A stretch of DNA of 64,000 nt, from positions 122,884,001 through 122,948,000 of the forward strand of contig NC_043000.1 of assembly GCF_006345805.1 (NCBI RefSeq), written 5' to 3'. The position numbers and the translations under genes are program-made. The stretch comes from Octopus sinensis. Its lineage: Eukaryota. The notes beneath the pieces were generated by a model that worked only from the letters and a program-made list of their open reading frames with translations, was not told the DNA's origin and searched no databases. The first letter of the stretch is position 1. Each line of letters opens with the position of its first letter. Shown in pieces: positions 14,641-27,452 of this stretch.

Positions 14641-15222
14641 GTTTGAAGGCGGCGAGCTGACAGAATCGTTAGCACGCCGGGCGAAATGCTTAGGAGTATT
14701 TCGTCTGTCTTTACGTTTTGTGTTCAAATTCCCCCGAGGTCGACTTTGCCTTTCATCCTTTCGGGGTCGATTAAATAAGTACCAGTTACGCACTGGGGTC
14801 GATATAATCGACTTAATCCGTCTGTCTGTCCTTGTTTGTCTCCTCTGTGGGTAGTAACGAAATAGGTATTCCGTCTGTCTTTACGTTCTGAGTTCAAATT
14901 TCGCCGAGGTCGACTTTGCCTTTCATCCTTTCGGGGTCTATAAATCAAATACCAGTTACGCACTGAGGTCTATATAATCGACTTAATCTGTTTGTCTGTC
15001 CTTGTGTGTCCTCTCTGTGTTTAGCCCCCTGTGGGTAGTAAAGAAACAGATATTTCGTCTGCCGCTACGTTCTGAGTTCAAATTCCGCCAAGGTCGACTT
15101 TGCCTTTCATCCTTTCGGGGTCGATTAAATAAGTACCAGTTACGCACTGGGGTCGATATAATCGACTTAATCCGTTTATCTGTCCTCTCTGTGTTTAGCC
15201 CCTTGTGGGTAGAAAGGAAATA
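14641..15222 (+). mobile_element. SINE family A trimer with 12-bp TSD
   Basis: One head followed by three core/tail units; GGTACTGTACAG at 14629-14640 and 15223-15234. Confidence 0.9.
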
Positions 15223-15469
15223 GGTACTGTACAGTTTTCTAGATTCGGTAGTAAGTTTTCTAAGAAAATTAGCGAAGATACTAGAAAGCATATCTGACAG
15301 TTCCATCTGGACTATGTCTTCTTATATAATTCTAAGATTATAACAGTGACTCTTGCGGTTGTAGCAGGTTATAATTCTGTTATAACGGAGTACACTGAGA
15401 CATTATTTTATAATTAGCTTAGTCCGAGCGAATTAATTTGCAATATTGATAATGGTTCCCTTTGTGCAA

Positions 15470-15765
15470 GTAGTAGTAGTTGTTGTTGTTGTTGTTGTAG
15501 CTGCATCAGTAGCATCGGCGGCAGCAGCAGTAGCACTGATTATTGTAGTAGTAGTAGTAGTAGTAGTAATAGCAGCAGCAGAAGCATGAGGGGCGGCAGC
15601 AGGAGTAGCATTGATTGTAGTAGTAGTAGTAGTAGTAGTAGAGGTGGCGGTAGTAGTAGTAGTAGTAGTTATTGTTGTTGTTGTTGTTGTTGTAGCTACA
15701 TCAGTAGCATCGGCGGCAGCAGCAGCTGTAGCACTGATTCTTGTAGTAGTAGTAGTAGTAGTAAT
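15470..15765. repeat. Compound (GTA/GTT/GCA)n trinucleotide repeat with internal duplication
   Basis: GTAGCT(G/A)CATCAGTAGCATCGGCGGCAGCAGC present twice, about 190 bp apart. Confidence 0.9.
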
Positions 15766-16074
15766 GCGATAGAGTGATTGGCGATGCTGTCAATCTCATG
15801 GATGAAATCTGGTGACCTGACAGTAGACAAAAGATAAAATAATGGTCGACTGCAGGCATTAGAAATATTATATATTGGTCTAGAAAATGACCTTTGTCTT
15901 TAGTGGCTTAAGCAAAAGTTTATAAGGATTTCAGTGTTGCTAAGTGACCTTTATCTCATATACACGCTTTCCTTTTCCTTCTCTCCCACTCTCTTTCAAT
16001 TCTTTTTCTTTCTCTCTTTAATTATATTCTCCTGATGATTTCCCGCCACTGCGTAGCATGTGTGTATGTGAATT

Positions 16075-16538
<464 letters not shown>

Positions 16539-17582
16539 CTCTAGTTTATGTGCGTGTGTGTGAGGCAGGAATATCTGGCAGTCCCAAACACCAAATCATT
16601 ACCTAGGAGTCGAACCTGAATCACTATGATCACACGTGAAGCTAACTGGACAATAGTAAGAATTCTGTCATAGTTTGACGACATCAGCAAATAACTGACC
16701 ACTCAAATCTCTGGTATAGACATTAAGAACTTATTATCAATTGCTATGCTGACCAAAAGATGCCTTTTCCATTAGAATATGAAAATGTCATTAACAATTT
16801 TGTCGTTGGCACAATTTCTTTGACAGTCATTAGATATACATAGTTGGTTTATCCAGTAGCAGCCCAGTTAAGGTCTGTGACAGCGCGACGACTTTATACA
16901 TCTCAACACCGGCTACTCGACCATAACGAGATTGCTAGTCGCCCAGCCAGGATCATCGGCTGCACGAATTTACAGAATTTGACTTTGGCTACATGATAAC
17001 AACGCCAGTGGTAACAGCCTGGCTGAGACCGTTGGCTGCACGAACTAATGTTACTTATCTTCGTCTACAAAGCCCGAAGAGAGCAACACTCAAGTCATCT
17101 CAAAAGACATTTTCGATAACAATAGATAAATATTTTATATTTGAAATTTCACACAATTTTTTGCTGTTAGGTTAACCAACGCAAAATATGATGCCATTAA
17201 ATACATATATACATACCCATATACATATAAGTGTGTGAATATATATATATTGTACTGTCCACCATTCGTGTTTTCTATTTCTGTTTTTTATTTCTATTTT
17301 TGTTTCTTGTATTTATATTCGTGTAGCATCCTGTCTTTGTTTCGTATACATTCGATCCTCTTTCCAAGAAATCCAATGCCTGTGGCTTGGTTTTTCCTTG
17401 GGGCTGGCCGGTTCGGAGTAATATCGAGATTAAACAGCCGAAATTACTAAGATTATCCGGTTCCCGACTGAAGATTAGAGGCTTCGAGTGACCCGTCTGT
17501 TTTTTTGTGTCGTCTCTTTGTGTGTTTTTGCGTTCTTGTCCCACTTTGTAATTTATATTTTATATTTAATTTCTATACATAT

Positions 17583-17638
<56 letters not shown>

Positions 17639-17944
17639 CTCAAGAACATACAAATAAGAATACATCGAGTAAGCCGATGAAAACTGTATTATTTTATCGC
17701 AAGATAATTAAAGGAATGGAATATTTAAAGTTTCGGATTTATTTATACGGCATCGGAAAACAAGAACCTGATATAGATTAAGAAAGAAAGTAAAATGACG
17801 TTTAAATTCATATGCGTTTACGAGAGGGGTATATTTCCGACTAATTTGAGAAAACTGATAGAAAATACTGTTTAATGCCGAAAAATTTACAAATGGATCT
17901 GATGTTGATTGTGTGTATGCGATATGCCAACTTTTATATACTTT

Positions 17945-18520
17945 TTACTCTTTTACTTGTTTCAGTCATTTGACTGTGGCTATGTTGGAGCACCGCCTTT
18001 AGTCGAGCAAATCGACCCCAGGACTTATTCTTCGTAAGCCTAGTACATATTCTATTGTTGTCTTTTGCCGAACCGTTAAGTTACGGGGACGTACACATAC
18101 CAGCATCGGTTGTCAAGCGATGTTGGAGGGACAAACACAGACACACAAACATAAACACACACACATATATAGGGAGAGTTTACGAAAAAACCAAAAGACA
18201 AAAACAGATGGTGTACAAAACCAACAGATGTATTAGTATAACGCTCAGGAATAGAAAAAGTCTTTTACGTTTCGAGCCTACGCTCTTCTACAGAAAGGGA
18301 CACAGAAAAAACAAGGAGAGAAACAAGGAGAGAGAAACAAAATGTGTGTAGTGGCTAACGATCTATACATATATACGACGGGCTTCTTTCAGTTTCCGTC
18401 TTCCAAATCCACTCACAAGGCTTTGGTCGGCCCGAGGCTATAGTAGAAGACAGTTACCCAAAGTGCTACGCAGTGGGACTGAACCCAGAAGCTACTTACC
18501 ACACAGCCACTCCTGCACCT
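17945..18520 (-). mobile_element. SINE family B carrying a Penelope-like fragment (about 18160-18365) in its internal microsatellite
   Basis: SINE B halves on either side of an insert that also occurs at 32172-32355. Confidence 0.8.
18262..18297 (-). ncRNA. Hammerhead-like motif, core variant CUGUAGA
   Basis: CUUU-CUGUAGA-A-GAGC(GUAG)GCUC-GAAA-C-GUA-AAAG: stems I and II pair, A6 changed to U. Confidence 0.5.
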
Positions 18521-19255
18521 ATGTGTACGGGAGTGTGCATTCTTATTTTTATAAGCAGAGGCATGTGTGTATGTACTTGTGTGTGTTTGTGTGTGTGCGT
18601 GTGAGTGTGTGTTTGTATGTGTGCGTGTGAGTGTGTGTTTGTGTGTGTGCGTGTGAGTGTGTGTGAGAGAGATCAGTGTGGGCGGATAACTGATGTGTGC
18701 ATGCTGTATCATTTGTGGAGATACGTATACTGTATCACAGAAAATAGCAGATGTGTTTGTATATATGTATGTTTGTGTGTTTGATACCTGTGTACATTGA
18801 CTATGCTGGTCTGTGTGCATGTGAGCATATTAGTGTGTGTGTACGTGAGTTTTGAATGAGTGCATGATACAATTTTCTGCATGCGCATGATTTTTTGAAG
18901 TGTGTGTATTTTATGTTCTGTATGTGAACATGCGTATGTGAGTGTTTGTAATTATGTGTGTGGTGTTTATTTGTATTTGATGTATTCATTTATGTACGTA
19001 TGTCAATAGAAGATGTGCGTCCCTATGTGTATCTGATGAATTTTGGGTGATGTATATTTTTATATGTTTTAGAAATCAACACGAGTTCGTGCGATTATTT
19101 GTTTATGAGTCAGCAGCATATCTGTGCAAATGATTCATGAACTGGGATGTTCTATTTTGGCTGAGTGTCTATTTTTTAAGTATGTTGTGTACACAGCTGA
19201 AAAAGCTGTTAAAGGGAATGTGATGATAATTTAAATTGAGTGGTTGGAACGTTAC

Positions 19256-19344
19256 AAGAAATAAAATAAGTTCCTGTTCTCTTCTGAGGCGGTCGTCTGG
19301 GACAGCATGCGCAGCCATAAACAGAAAGGGCTGAGTAGTATGAT
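19256..19344 (-). CDS. Candidate coding exon 2 of a secreted protein (DHTTQPFLFMAAHAVPDDRLRREQELILFL)
   Basis: Acceptor CTCTCTCGTTATTTCTACTTTGCAG, donor CTT|GTAACG; open in phase 1, matching the donor phase of the 27633-27702 exon; no homology recognised. Confidence 0.35.
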
Positions 19345-19616
19345 CTGCAAAGTAGAAATAACGAGAGAGGGTTGATTTCATGTCGATTCATTCATCGCTG
19401 TACGAATACAATTTACCTTTGTTTATTATTATACATTTGACTGCGTTGCTACAATGCATTTAGACGTATTCTTCTCAATGGTGCTGCGCACAAAGCCGTT
19501 TGTATTTTGTATATGCAACGAAAACCTCTTGGCTTACGTCTTCGGATTAACAGCACATTCTATCCTCCTCCCCTCCCTCCCTCTCTCTCTCTCTCGTTCT
19601 CTTTCTCTCTCTCTCT

Positions 19617-19678
<62 letters not shown>

Positions 19679-19804
19679 GTTTGTATGTAAGTATGTACAT
19701 ACACACACATGTATGTAAACCAAAACAGCTGCAAATTACAAAAACGGTCATACCGTAATGGCTGCTCTTTATTATTCGTTTTCTAAATAATATTACGTTC
19801 TGTA

Positions 19805-20020
19805 AGACAGTGAGCTGACAGAAGCGTTAGCACGTCGGGCAAAATGCGTAGCGGCATATCGTCAGTCTTTACATTTTGAGTTCCTATTTGGCCGAGGTCG
19901 ACATTGCCTTTCCTATTTTCGGGGTCGATAAAATAAGTACTGATTGAGCTCTGGGGCGGATGTAATCAACTTATGCCCCTCTCCCGGAATTGCTGGTCTC
20001 ATGTAAAAATTAGAAACCAA
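19805..20020 (+). mobile_element. SINE family A, diverged
   Basis: Head and core motifs recognisable. Confidence 0.75.
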
Positions 20021-20385
20021 TATCACATTCTGTGCTTCTTTCTGCCCCCAGTTTTAAGGATTCTGTCAATCCACACTCTTTATTGATACAGATTTAATAA
20101 ATGTTATTCTTTAGTCCTTAACCACTGTCATCATCCCTCTTCATCAAAAATTCTGTACCTAAGGCTATATTATCTAATTTCAAACCTAGTTTTATAAAAT
20201 AAGCTAATGTTTAGGAGAGAGTTCTAACGAATCCAGAAACCACACAGATGCTTTCTTGTTGTTGTTGTTGTTCTTCTTCTTCTTTAGTTCCTTGTCTTTC
20301 TTTCATCAATAGACTGATATTTAGGTGAGAGTTGACTACTATTTCTAACGAATCGAGAAACCACACACATGCTTTCTTGCTGTCT

Positions 20386-20800
20386 TCATCTTCTTCTTCT
20401 TCTTCTTCTTCTTCTTCTTCTTCTTCTTCTTCTTCTTCTTCTTCTTCTTCTTCTTCTTCTTCTTCTTCTTCTTTTTCTTCTTCTTCTTCTTCTTCCAATC
20501 AGGACTCACGCCTACTCTAAGCTTCTAAGAATGCGTGTGGCAACATGAAGATCCACCCACCACCGCGATAGACTGGCGGTTGCACAGGCGCAAAGCTACG
20601 TTGTTATTCTCATTCCGTAAACGGTGGCTTTTAATAGGTGGAGAGCTGAAACATCCTGGGGTACAGAGGATTCGCAATCTAGACTAGGGTCTGAAAGTTT
20701 TACCATACCATACCATACCATGGTTCCTCTGCTTTGTGGCAGAAGTAGGAAGAAAGAGTAAGAGAAAGTTGTGATGAAAGAGTACAGCGGGGATCATCAG
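20386..20800 (-). mobile_element. 5'-truncated SINE family C with 3' extension and long (AAG)n tail
   Basis: Near-identical to 11586-11880; (TCT)n at 20386-20493. Confidence 0.75.
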
Positions 20801-21339
20801 GTTTCATACATATGAGATAGAAGACCCCCACCACCTCTCTTTCATAAAGGATGGACACATTATTTTCTCGTTTTGTCGGGGGATAAGGCAGTTCTCTCGA
20901 CACTTTGAGACTGGTGGGAGGGAGAAAGTGGGAGGGAGGATGGTATCCTTCAACTGGGGAGCCGCCCAGAAAGTTTGCAACAGAGTGAACTATGCTAATA
21001 GCACCAAAGTTGCTATATAGTAAACCAGGCGATGAATTAAATCTGCCGCTCAAGTAGGCCATTTCGTGATCCGAACGCAGAACGCAAAGTGGCCAAATAT
21101 AGGCACTTGATTCGTCGTTCTTTGAATTTTCCATCCCACTACCCTAATTGTTACTTTTTCGTCGACCCCAAAATGATGAAAGACAGGATTTGAACACAGC
21201 GGTTAGAGTCATAACAAATGCAGCGAATGCAATTTAACTAACGATCTAACAACTCTGCCTGCCAATTCGTTGCCTTCTGTTTGACAACATAAATAGGAGA
21301 CCTCCTTCAGTCATGAATGACCATGGGATTGCACCTAGA

Positions 21340-21620
21340 AAGTTACCTTCCAAGGCAAAAGTCAGGGCAAGATTGTTTGGGAAAGGCTAGCATACCATGC
21401 CATGCCTCCCCTCTCCGCACCACTGATGTTATCCAAAGGAAAGGCAAAGGCCGATACAGCTTGGCACCAGTGATGTCTACAGATGAGTTAAATGGAGCAA
21501 CGTGAAATAAAGTGTCTTGCTCAAGAATACACCACACAGCCCGGTCCGGGAATCGAGCAGCTCACAACCTCACGATCGAAAGCTCTACGCTCTAACCACT
21601 AAGCCATGCGCTTTCACGTT
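21340..21620 (-). mobile_element. SINE family D
   Basis: Reverse complement of the 12410-12662 family. Confidence 0.75.
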
Positions 21621-21699
21621 TCATAACTTAGAGCTAAATGTATAATGACATTAAGGTCACATTTGAACTAGTCACCTCTGCTCAATCATTATTTATTTG

Positions 21700-21887
21700 T
21701 TTCAGACATCAAACTGCGGTCATGCTGGGGCACCGTCTTGAAGAATTTTAGTCGAAAGAATCGACCCCAGATCTCTTCTACATTTTAAACCTGCTACCGC
21801 AAGTTACGGGGACGTAAACCCGCCAACATCGGTCGGTTGGTGATGCGGGACAAATAAAACCACACATAGGAACTCACACACACACAC

Positions 21888-21970
<83 letters not shown>

Positions 21971-22120
21971 AGACGGGTTTCATTCAGTTTCCGTCTACCA
22001 AATCCACTTTGGTCGGCCCGAAGTTACAGTAGAAGACAACTCAAGGTGACACGCAGTGGGACTGAACCTGAAACCATATGGCTGGAAAACAAACTTCTTA
22101 CCATACAGCCACGCTTTCGC
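21700..22120 (-). mobile_element. SINE family B
   Basis: Family B head, internal (TA)n and tail. Confidence 0.8.
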
Positions 22121-23934
22121 TTACATACATATAATAATTGTTCCTAATATAGGTAGATAATCTATTTGATATCGATACTGTCTAAAGCTGTAACCACTGG
22201 TAAGTATATGACTGGTACTCCATTTTATTGATCTCTGTGGAATGAAAGGCAAAGTTGATCTCCACGGGATTTGAAGCCAGAATGTTAAAGAGACTGAATA
22301 GATAATGCATGGCATTTTGTCTCAAACAATAACATACGATAGATTAGCGATTTATCCGGGGTGAATTATTTCTCATCTTCTTCATATAATAATATTCAAA
22401 ACACAGCATCAGCTCTAAAATGTATACTATTGGATTTAGAAAACAATACTATGAAAGAATTGATATTGAGAACACTTTTCTTCAGGGAATATTAGTTCAT
22501 AGAACAGAAACAAACAAAGAATCGCCCAAAAGTAGAAATGTCAATACGGTTCCTTTACCATTATTCCCAGAATAGAATAGAACCTAGTTTGCTATTTTCA
22601 AAATATTCCATTATCTAAATGCAAACAATATTTCGTTTTTTTTTTTTTTCTTCTTCGTCATGTCTTTTTTGATATTGAAACCGTGACAAACCGCCTGCTG
22701 ATATTTTGTTCACCACCTTATAGTCTTACGTTCAAATCCAAATGGGATTATATCTATCTTTGAACATACTCAGGGCGATAAAATACGTATATGTATGTTA
22801 GTTGACTTGATTATGCCATTTATAGCTCTTCCCTTCGCTTACATAAAAATTCCCACGTGTATTCCAAAGAAATATCATTCGTTTTGTGTTTGGTTTTCTC
22901 GTCTCTTTCTTATCTTTTTGTACTTTTTGTTTATTATTTCCATATTTATTTAAAGAATCGCTCCAGAATGGAAACAAAAACCAAATATTTACAAAAGAAA
23001 GTCAAACAGGTTGATATTTGCATATAAGCAACAAACACCATTTGATATGACCATAACATATTTGACAAAGACTGAAATTAATTTATTCATTCCATGGGCA
23101 AAAGGCGTTGAAAATGAAAAGTCGAAAGGAGCAATGGTAAAAAAAATAAAAGGAAAGAAACGAGATGAATACAAATGCAGAGCAGAAAAGATGGGAGGAA
23201 AAGGAGGGAGCAAGAGAGTTGGACAGAAATAATTGTAAATATTTTTGTCAGAAGGCGGAGAAAATATTGAAAGAACAAATAGATGTGGAAGGGAAACTAA
23301 TTCATTTAGCAATGATTCTACTGAGCGCTGTGTCGGTTGGAATGTAGATTTTATGCCCTGCTCTTTGAATACATCTCACTATACACTTCACACATTACAC
23401 ACACTGAGGCAATTAAACAATGTTCTTAACGAGATTACAGGCCTGAGCTGTTCTGCTGCTACGATTTTGTGCACAGATCGCTCTGTACTTATTGTTATGT
23501 TAATAACGTTATGGTGGCGGCGGTCTTTCCTGCGGTAGAATCTGTTGGTGATACTCATGGCCTTTCTACTGGAAGCAGTGATTTAAATGTGGTGAGTGGT
23601 GGCTGGTGGTGGTGATGGTAAATACAGAGATGGCTACGCTGCCGATGTCGGGGCTACTGTTTGAATGTTGGCAATGTTAATGGTGTTTTTGGTTGTGGTG
23701 GGAGTGAGGCGATAATGAATGTGGTCTTAGGCTGAATTTAGTTATGGCAAAGCTTGTTTGTGCTAATAGCAATTAGGAATGGTATTGATGGTCCTGCAGT
23801 TCCTTTCTGATCCCAATGATCGGTTGGTTGGTTGGCTGGTTAGTTGGCCTGTTGGCTGGCTGGTTAGCTGGCTGGCTGATTGGTAGTTTAGTATTTGTAT
23901 AGCAACAGAGAAAAACGATATTAGTCTTATCTCC

Positions 23935-24585
23935 AGGAGGCAAACTGGCAGAATCGTTAACACATCAGGAAAAAATGCTTTGCAACATTTCCTCCATTTT
24001 TACGTTCAGAGTTCAAAGTCCGCCGAGGCTGACTTTGCCTTACATCTCTTCAGGGTCGACCAAATAATTACCTATTTCTTTACTACCCACAAGGGGCTAC
24101 ACGCAGAGAGGACAAACAAGGATAGATAAACGGATTAAATCGATTATATCGACCCCAGTACGTAACTGGTACTTATTTAATCGACCTCGAAAGGACAGAA
24201 ACGTTAGCACGCAGGGCGAAATGCTTAGCGGTATTTCGTCTGCCGTTACGTTCTGAGTTCAAATTCCGCCGAGGTCGACTTTGCCTTTCATCCTTCTTTG
24301 GAGTCGATGCAATCGACTTAATCCCTTTGTCTGTCCTTGTTTGTACACTCTATGTTTAGTCCCATATGGGCAATAAAGAAATAAGAAACGTTAACACGCC
24401 CGGCGAAATGCTTAGCGGTTTTTCGTCTGTCTTTACGTTATGAGTTCAAATTCCACCAAGGTGGATTTTGCCTTTCATCCTTTCGGGGTCGATAAATTAA
24501 GTACCAGTTGCGTAATGGGGTCGATGAAATCGACTAGCCCCCTCCCCAATAATTTCCGGCTTTCTGCCTAGAGTAGAAATGATTA
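23935..24585. mobile_element. Cluster of nested SINE family A copies in both orientations
   Basis: Plus head at about 23935, minus tail/core at 24070-24195, plus copies at 24196-24585. Confidence 0.8.
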
Positions 24586-25011
24586 TTTACGCTTACGTCG
24601 ATTCCTCCGTGGTGTTGTTTTGCATTTATAATAAAATAAATATATACAAATTATAGAATTTGCATATATTTATTTTATTATAAATGCAAATTATAGAATG
24701 TGTATATAGAAATTAGTTGCAATGTCACTGGTGCCAAGCTATATCGCCTTCGTCTTTCCCTTGGACAATATCGGTGGTGTGGAGAGGGGTGACTGGTATG
24801 CATGGATGAATTTCTGGTCTTCCATAAAAGGCTTTCCCGGACTTGTGCCTCGAAGATTTCTAAGAGCAATCCCCAATCCCATGGTCATTCATGATCGAAG
24901 GGGGCCTTCACCCTTTATATATATATAATAAATGCTATCTGTAATTCTATATTGACTTGAATGGGAAAACGTATCGCTCAAGAAGGACTTCAGTTTGAAT
25001 AACTTTCATGA

Positions 25012-25238
25012 TACATTATTTACATTATTTACAATTGACGGATATTTGTCCTCATCTTGTTTGTTGTTAACACAACGTTTCGACTGATATACCCTCCAGG
25101 TGTCTTGGGGAAATTTCGAACCTGGATTTCCCTAAGACACCTGATGAAGGCTGGAAGGTATCTCAGCCGAAACGTTGTGTTAACAACAAACAAGATGAGG
25201 ACAAATATCCGTCAAATGTAAATGATGTAAATAAAGTA
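25012..25238. mobile_element. Palindromic Penelope-like non-autonomous element
   Basis: Arms 25012-25114 and 25126-25238 are inverted copies with an 11-nt loop; carries a CTGATGA..CGAAACG motif typical of Penelope pseudo-LTRs. Confidence 0.75.
25136..25181 (+). ncRNA. Minimal type I hammerhead ribozyme motif
   Basis: GACAC-CUGAUGA-A-GGCUG(GAAGGUAUCU)CAGCC-GAAA-C-GUU-GUGUU: intact core, 5-bp stem II, 4-5-bp stem I, palindromic AACGUU stem III; predicted cleavage after 25176. Confidence 0.75.
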
Positions 25239-25589
25239 CATCATTCCTCATCTTTTAAATATAGAATTGAATTTTCATGATGTTTCATATTTAGATGCTT
25301 TTATTAAATTTATTCAGTTGTTAAACATAAATAAATCTTGGAATTAAATGGTTTTGATTTACTATCAGGTGACTCAGCATTCATCAACTCCTCAATATTC
25401 ATCAGACCCTCTGCCAATTAACATTATAACATACGTGCACATCAACGAAGAAAGATAGAACTCTTCTAGAAATATCATAAATGCAATTGAACGGGATCTA
25501 GCAAGAAATAAAATCAGAATTTAACAGCAAATTCAACAGTACTGCACTGTTTATTGTGTGTGTATATATATATAAAGATAATAGATAAG

Positions 25590-26290
25590 TTTCTTTATTG
25601 GCCACACAGGGCTGCACACAGATGGGACAAATTACAAGGTAGAGCTTTTCTTTTGGGGGATGAGAAAAACAAAAAACAAAAGAAACAAAAAAAAGTGGCG
25701 TAGGTTTTCGATCAAAAGGGATCGTAAAAGAGAAAAAAGAAAAAAAAAGAAAGAAAAAGAAGAAGAAAAAAGGAAAAGAAACAAAAGAAAAGAAAAAGGA
25801 AAAAGGAAGAAAAAAGGGGAAGAGGAAAAAAAACGATCAATAGGGATCGTGTATCACAGTGTCATGATGTATTGTGTAAAGGGGGAAGCAGATAAGGTTT
25901 ATCCGTGGGAAGAAAAGCCTACGAAAAAGACCACGGTAACCTCGGTCAATATTGTTATATGTTACCACATTTGTTTGCAAGTGAGTAACCCTCTGTTTTC
26001 AATTTCTGGGTTCATAGGATTATGCTCAAGGTGGCTTCGTCATTTACACGTGCCATCCTTGCTACATTCACCCATCTTTTTTTAAAACATTCGCTAGACC
26101 AAACTTGCCTCTCTACTCTCACTTTCCTTTTCAAGTGGTACTTGATGAAGTTGATGAGAGATTGACCAGAGAGGAAAGTGTTTGTCTCCAATCCTTTCAG
26201 ACGCGTCCACCAGATACATTCTTTCGCCATAGCCATAAGGATGATGAAAATAGCTCTTCCTTCCCGTTTGAAGGAAGGAGGCGTGACAGA
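25590..26290 (-). mobile_element. 3' end of a Tx1/L1-like LINE (ORF2 C-terminus plus 3' UTR)
   Basis: ORF ..AMAKECIWWTRLKG..INFIKYHLKRKVRVER..FKKRWVNV..* (stop at 26012), then a U-rich UTR ending GTGTGGCCAATAAAGAAA; clade inferred from the C-terminal pattern. Confidence 0.6.
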
Positions 26291-26488
26291 TAGATACATA
26301 CATACATAATACATACATACATACATACATACATACATACATACATACATACACACACACACATACATACATACATACATACATACATACATACATACAT
26401 ACATACATACATACATACATACATACATACATACATACATACATACATACATACATACATACATACATACATACATACATACATACAT
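26291..26488. repeat. (ACAT)n tetranucleotide microsatellite
   Basis: Direct inspection. Confidence 0.98.
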
Positions 26489-26790
26489 AGATAGTCAGCG
26501 AAAGGTATACACCAGGTGAATAATGTATTCCACAAGACATCAACAAAAATAAATACGATTCTAACGAGACACCAGAAATAATCAGTCTCATAAAACCAGA
26601 AACAACCTCGAAAACAATTCACGAACACCAAATACAACCGTAATATAACACAACATCAAACAACTAAGCGAGGAAATTACATGAAAAACCAATGGAGAAA
26701 CTGAAAACTTACAACTATTTTACCCATTAAACTACAAAACTAACAGTAAAGTAGTACGTTGAGTAATTGCGATCGCTGTCAACAACAACA

Positions 26791-27180
26791 TCGGTAGTAA
26801 GGGTAGCGGACTCACGGTTGTAAGTACGCGGTTTCGAGTCCCAGACTGGGCATTGTGAGTGTTTATTAAGCAAAAACACCTAAGCTCCACGAATCTCCGG
26901 CGCTGGCAGGAACCCCTCTGTACTCCTTCACCACAACTTTCTCTCACTCTTCCTACTTCTGCCACAAAGCAGAGGAACCATAGTGTAACCCACTATGGTG
27001 TGGTAAAGTTTCAGACCCTAGAAGAAGAAGAAAGAAGAAGAAAGAAGAAGAAGAAGAACAACAACAACAACAACAACAACAACACCAACGACAACAACAA
27101 CGACGACAACAACAACAACAGCAACAACAACAGCAACAACAACAACAACAACAATACAGCAACAACAATACAGCAACAAC
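26791..27180 (+). mobile_element. SINE family C, short form, followed by (AAG)n and (AAC)n
   Basis: Body ends AAAGTTTCAGACCCTAG at 27021, directly followed by the AAG repeat. Confidence 0.75.
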
Positions 27181-27247
27181 GGTCACTTATTTGCGGAGCT
27201 GGAGTATGCGTCTCTCGGAGCAGCCCTTCAGCAAATAGAGGCGTCTA

Positions 27248-27452
27248 AGGCGGCGAGCTGGTAGAAACGGGTGCAATGCTTAGTGAAATTTCGTCTGCCT
27301 TTATATTATGAGTTCAAATTCCGCCGAGGACGACTTTGCCTTTCATCCTTTCAAGAGTCGATAATTTAAGTATCTGTTACGTACTGGGGTCGATCTAATC
27401 GACTGGCCCTCTCCCCCAAAATTTCGGGCCTTGTGCTTAGAGTAGTAAAGAA
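27248..27452 (+). mobile_element. SINE family A monomer
   Basis: Head, core and TTGTGCTTAGAGTAG end. Confidence 0.85.
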
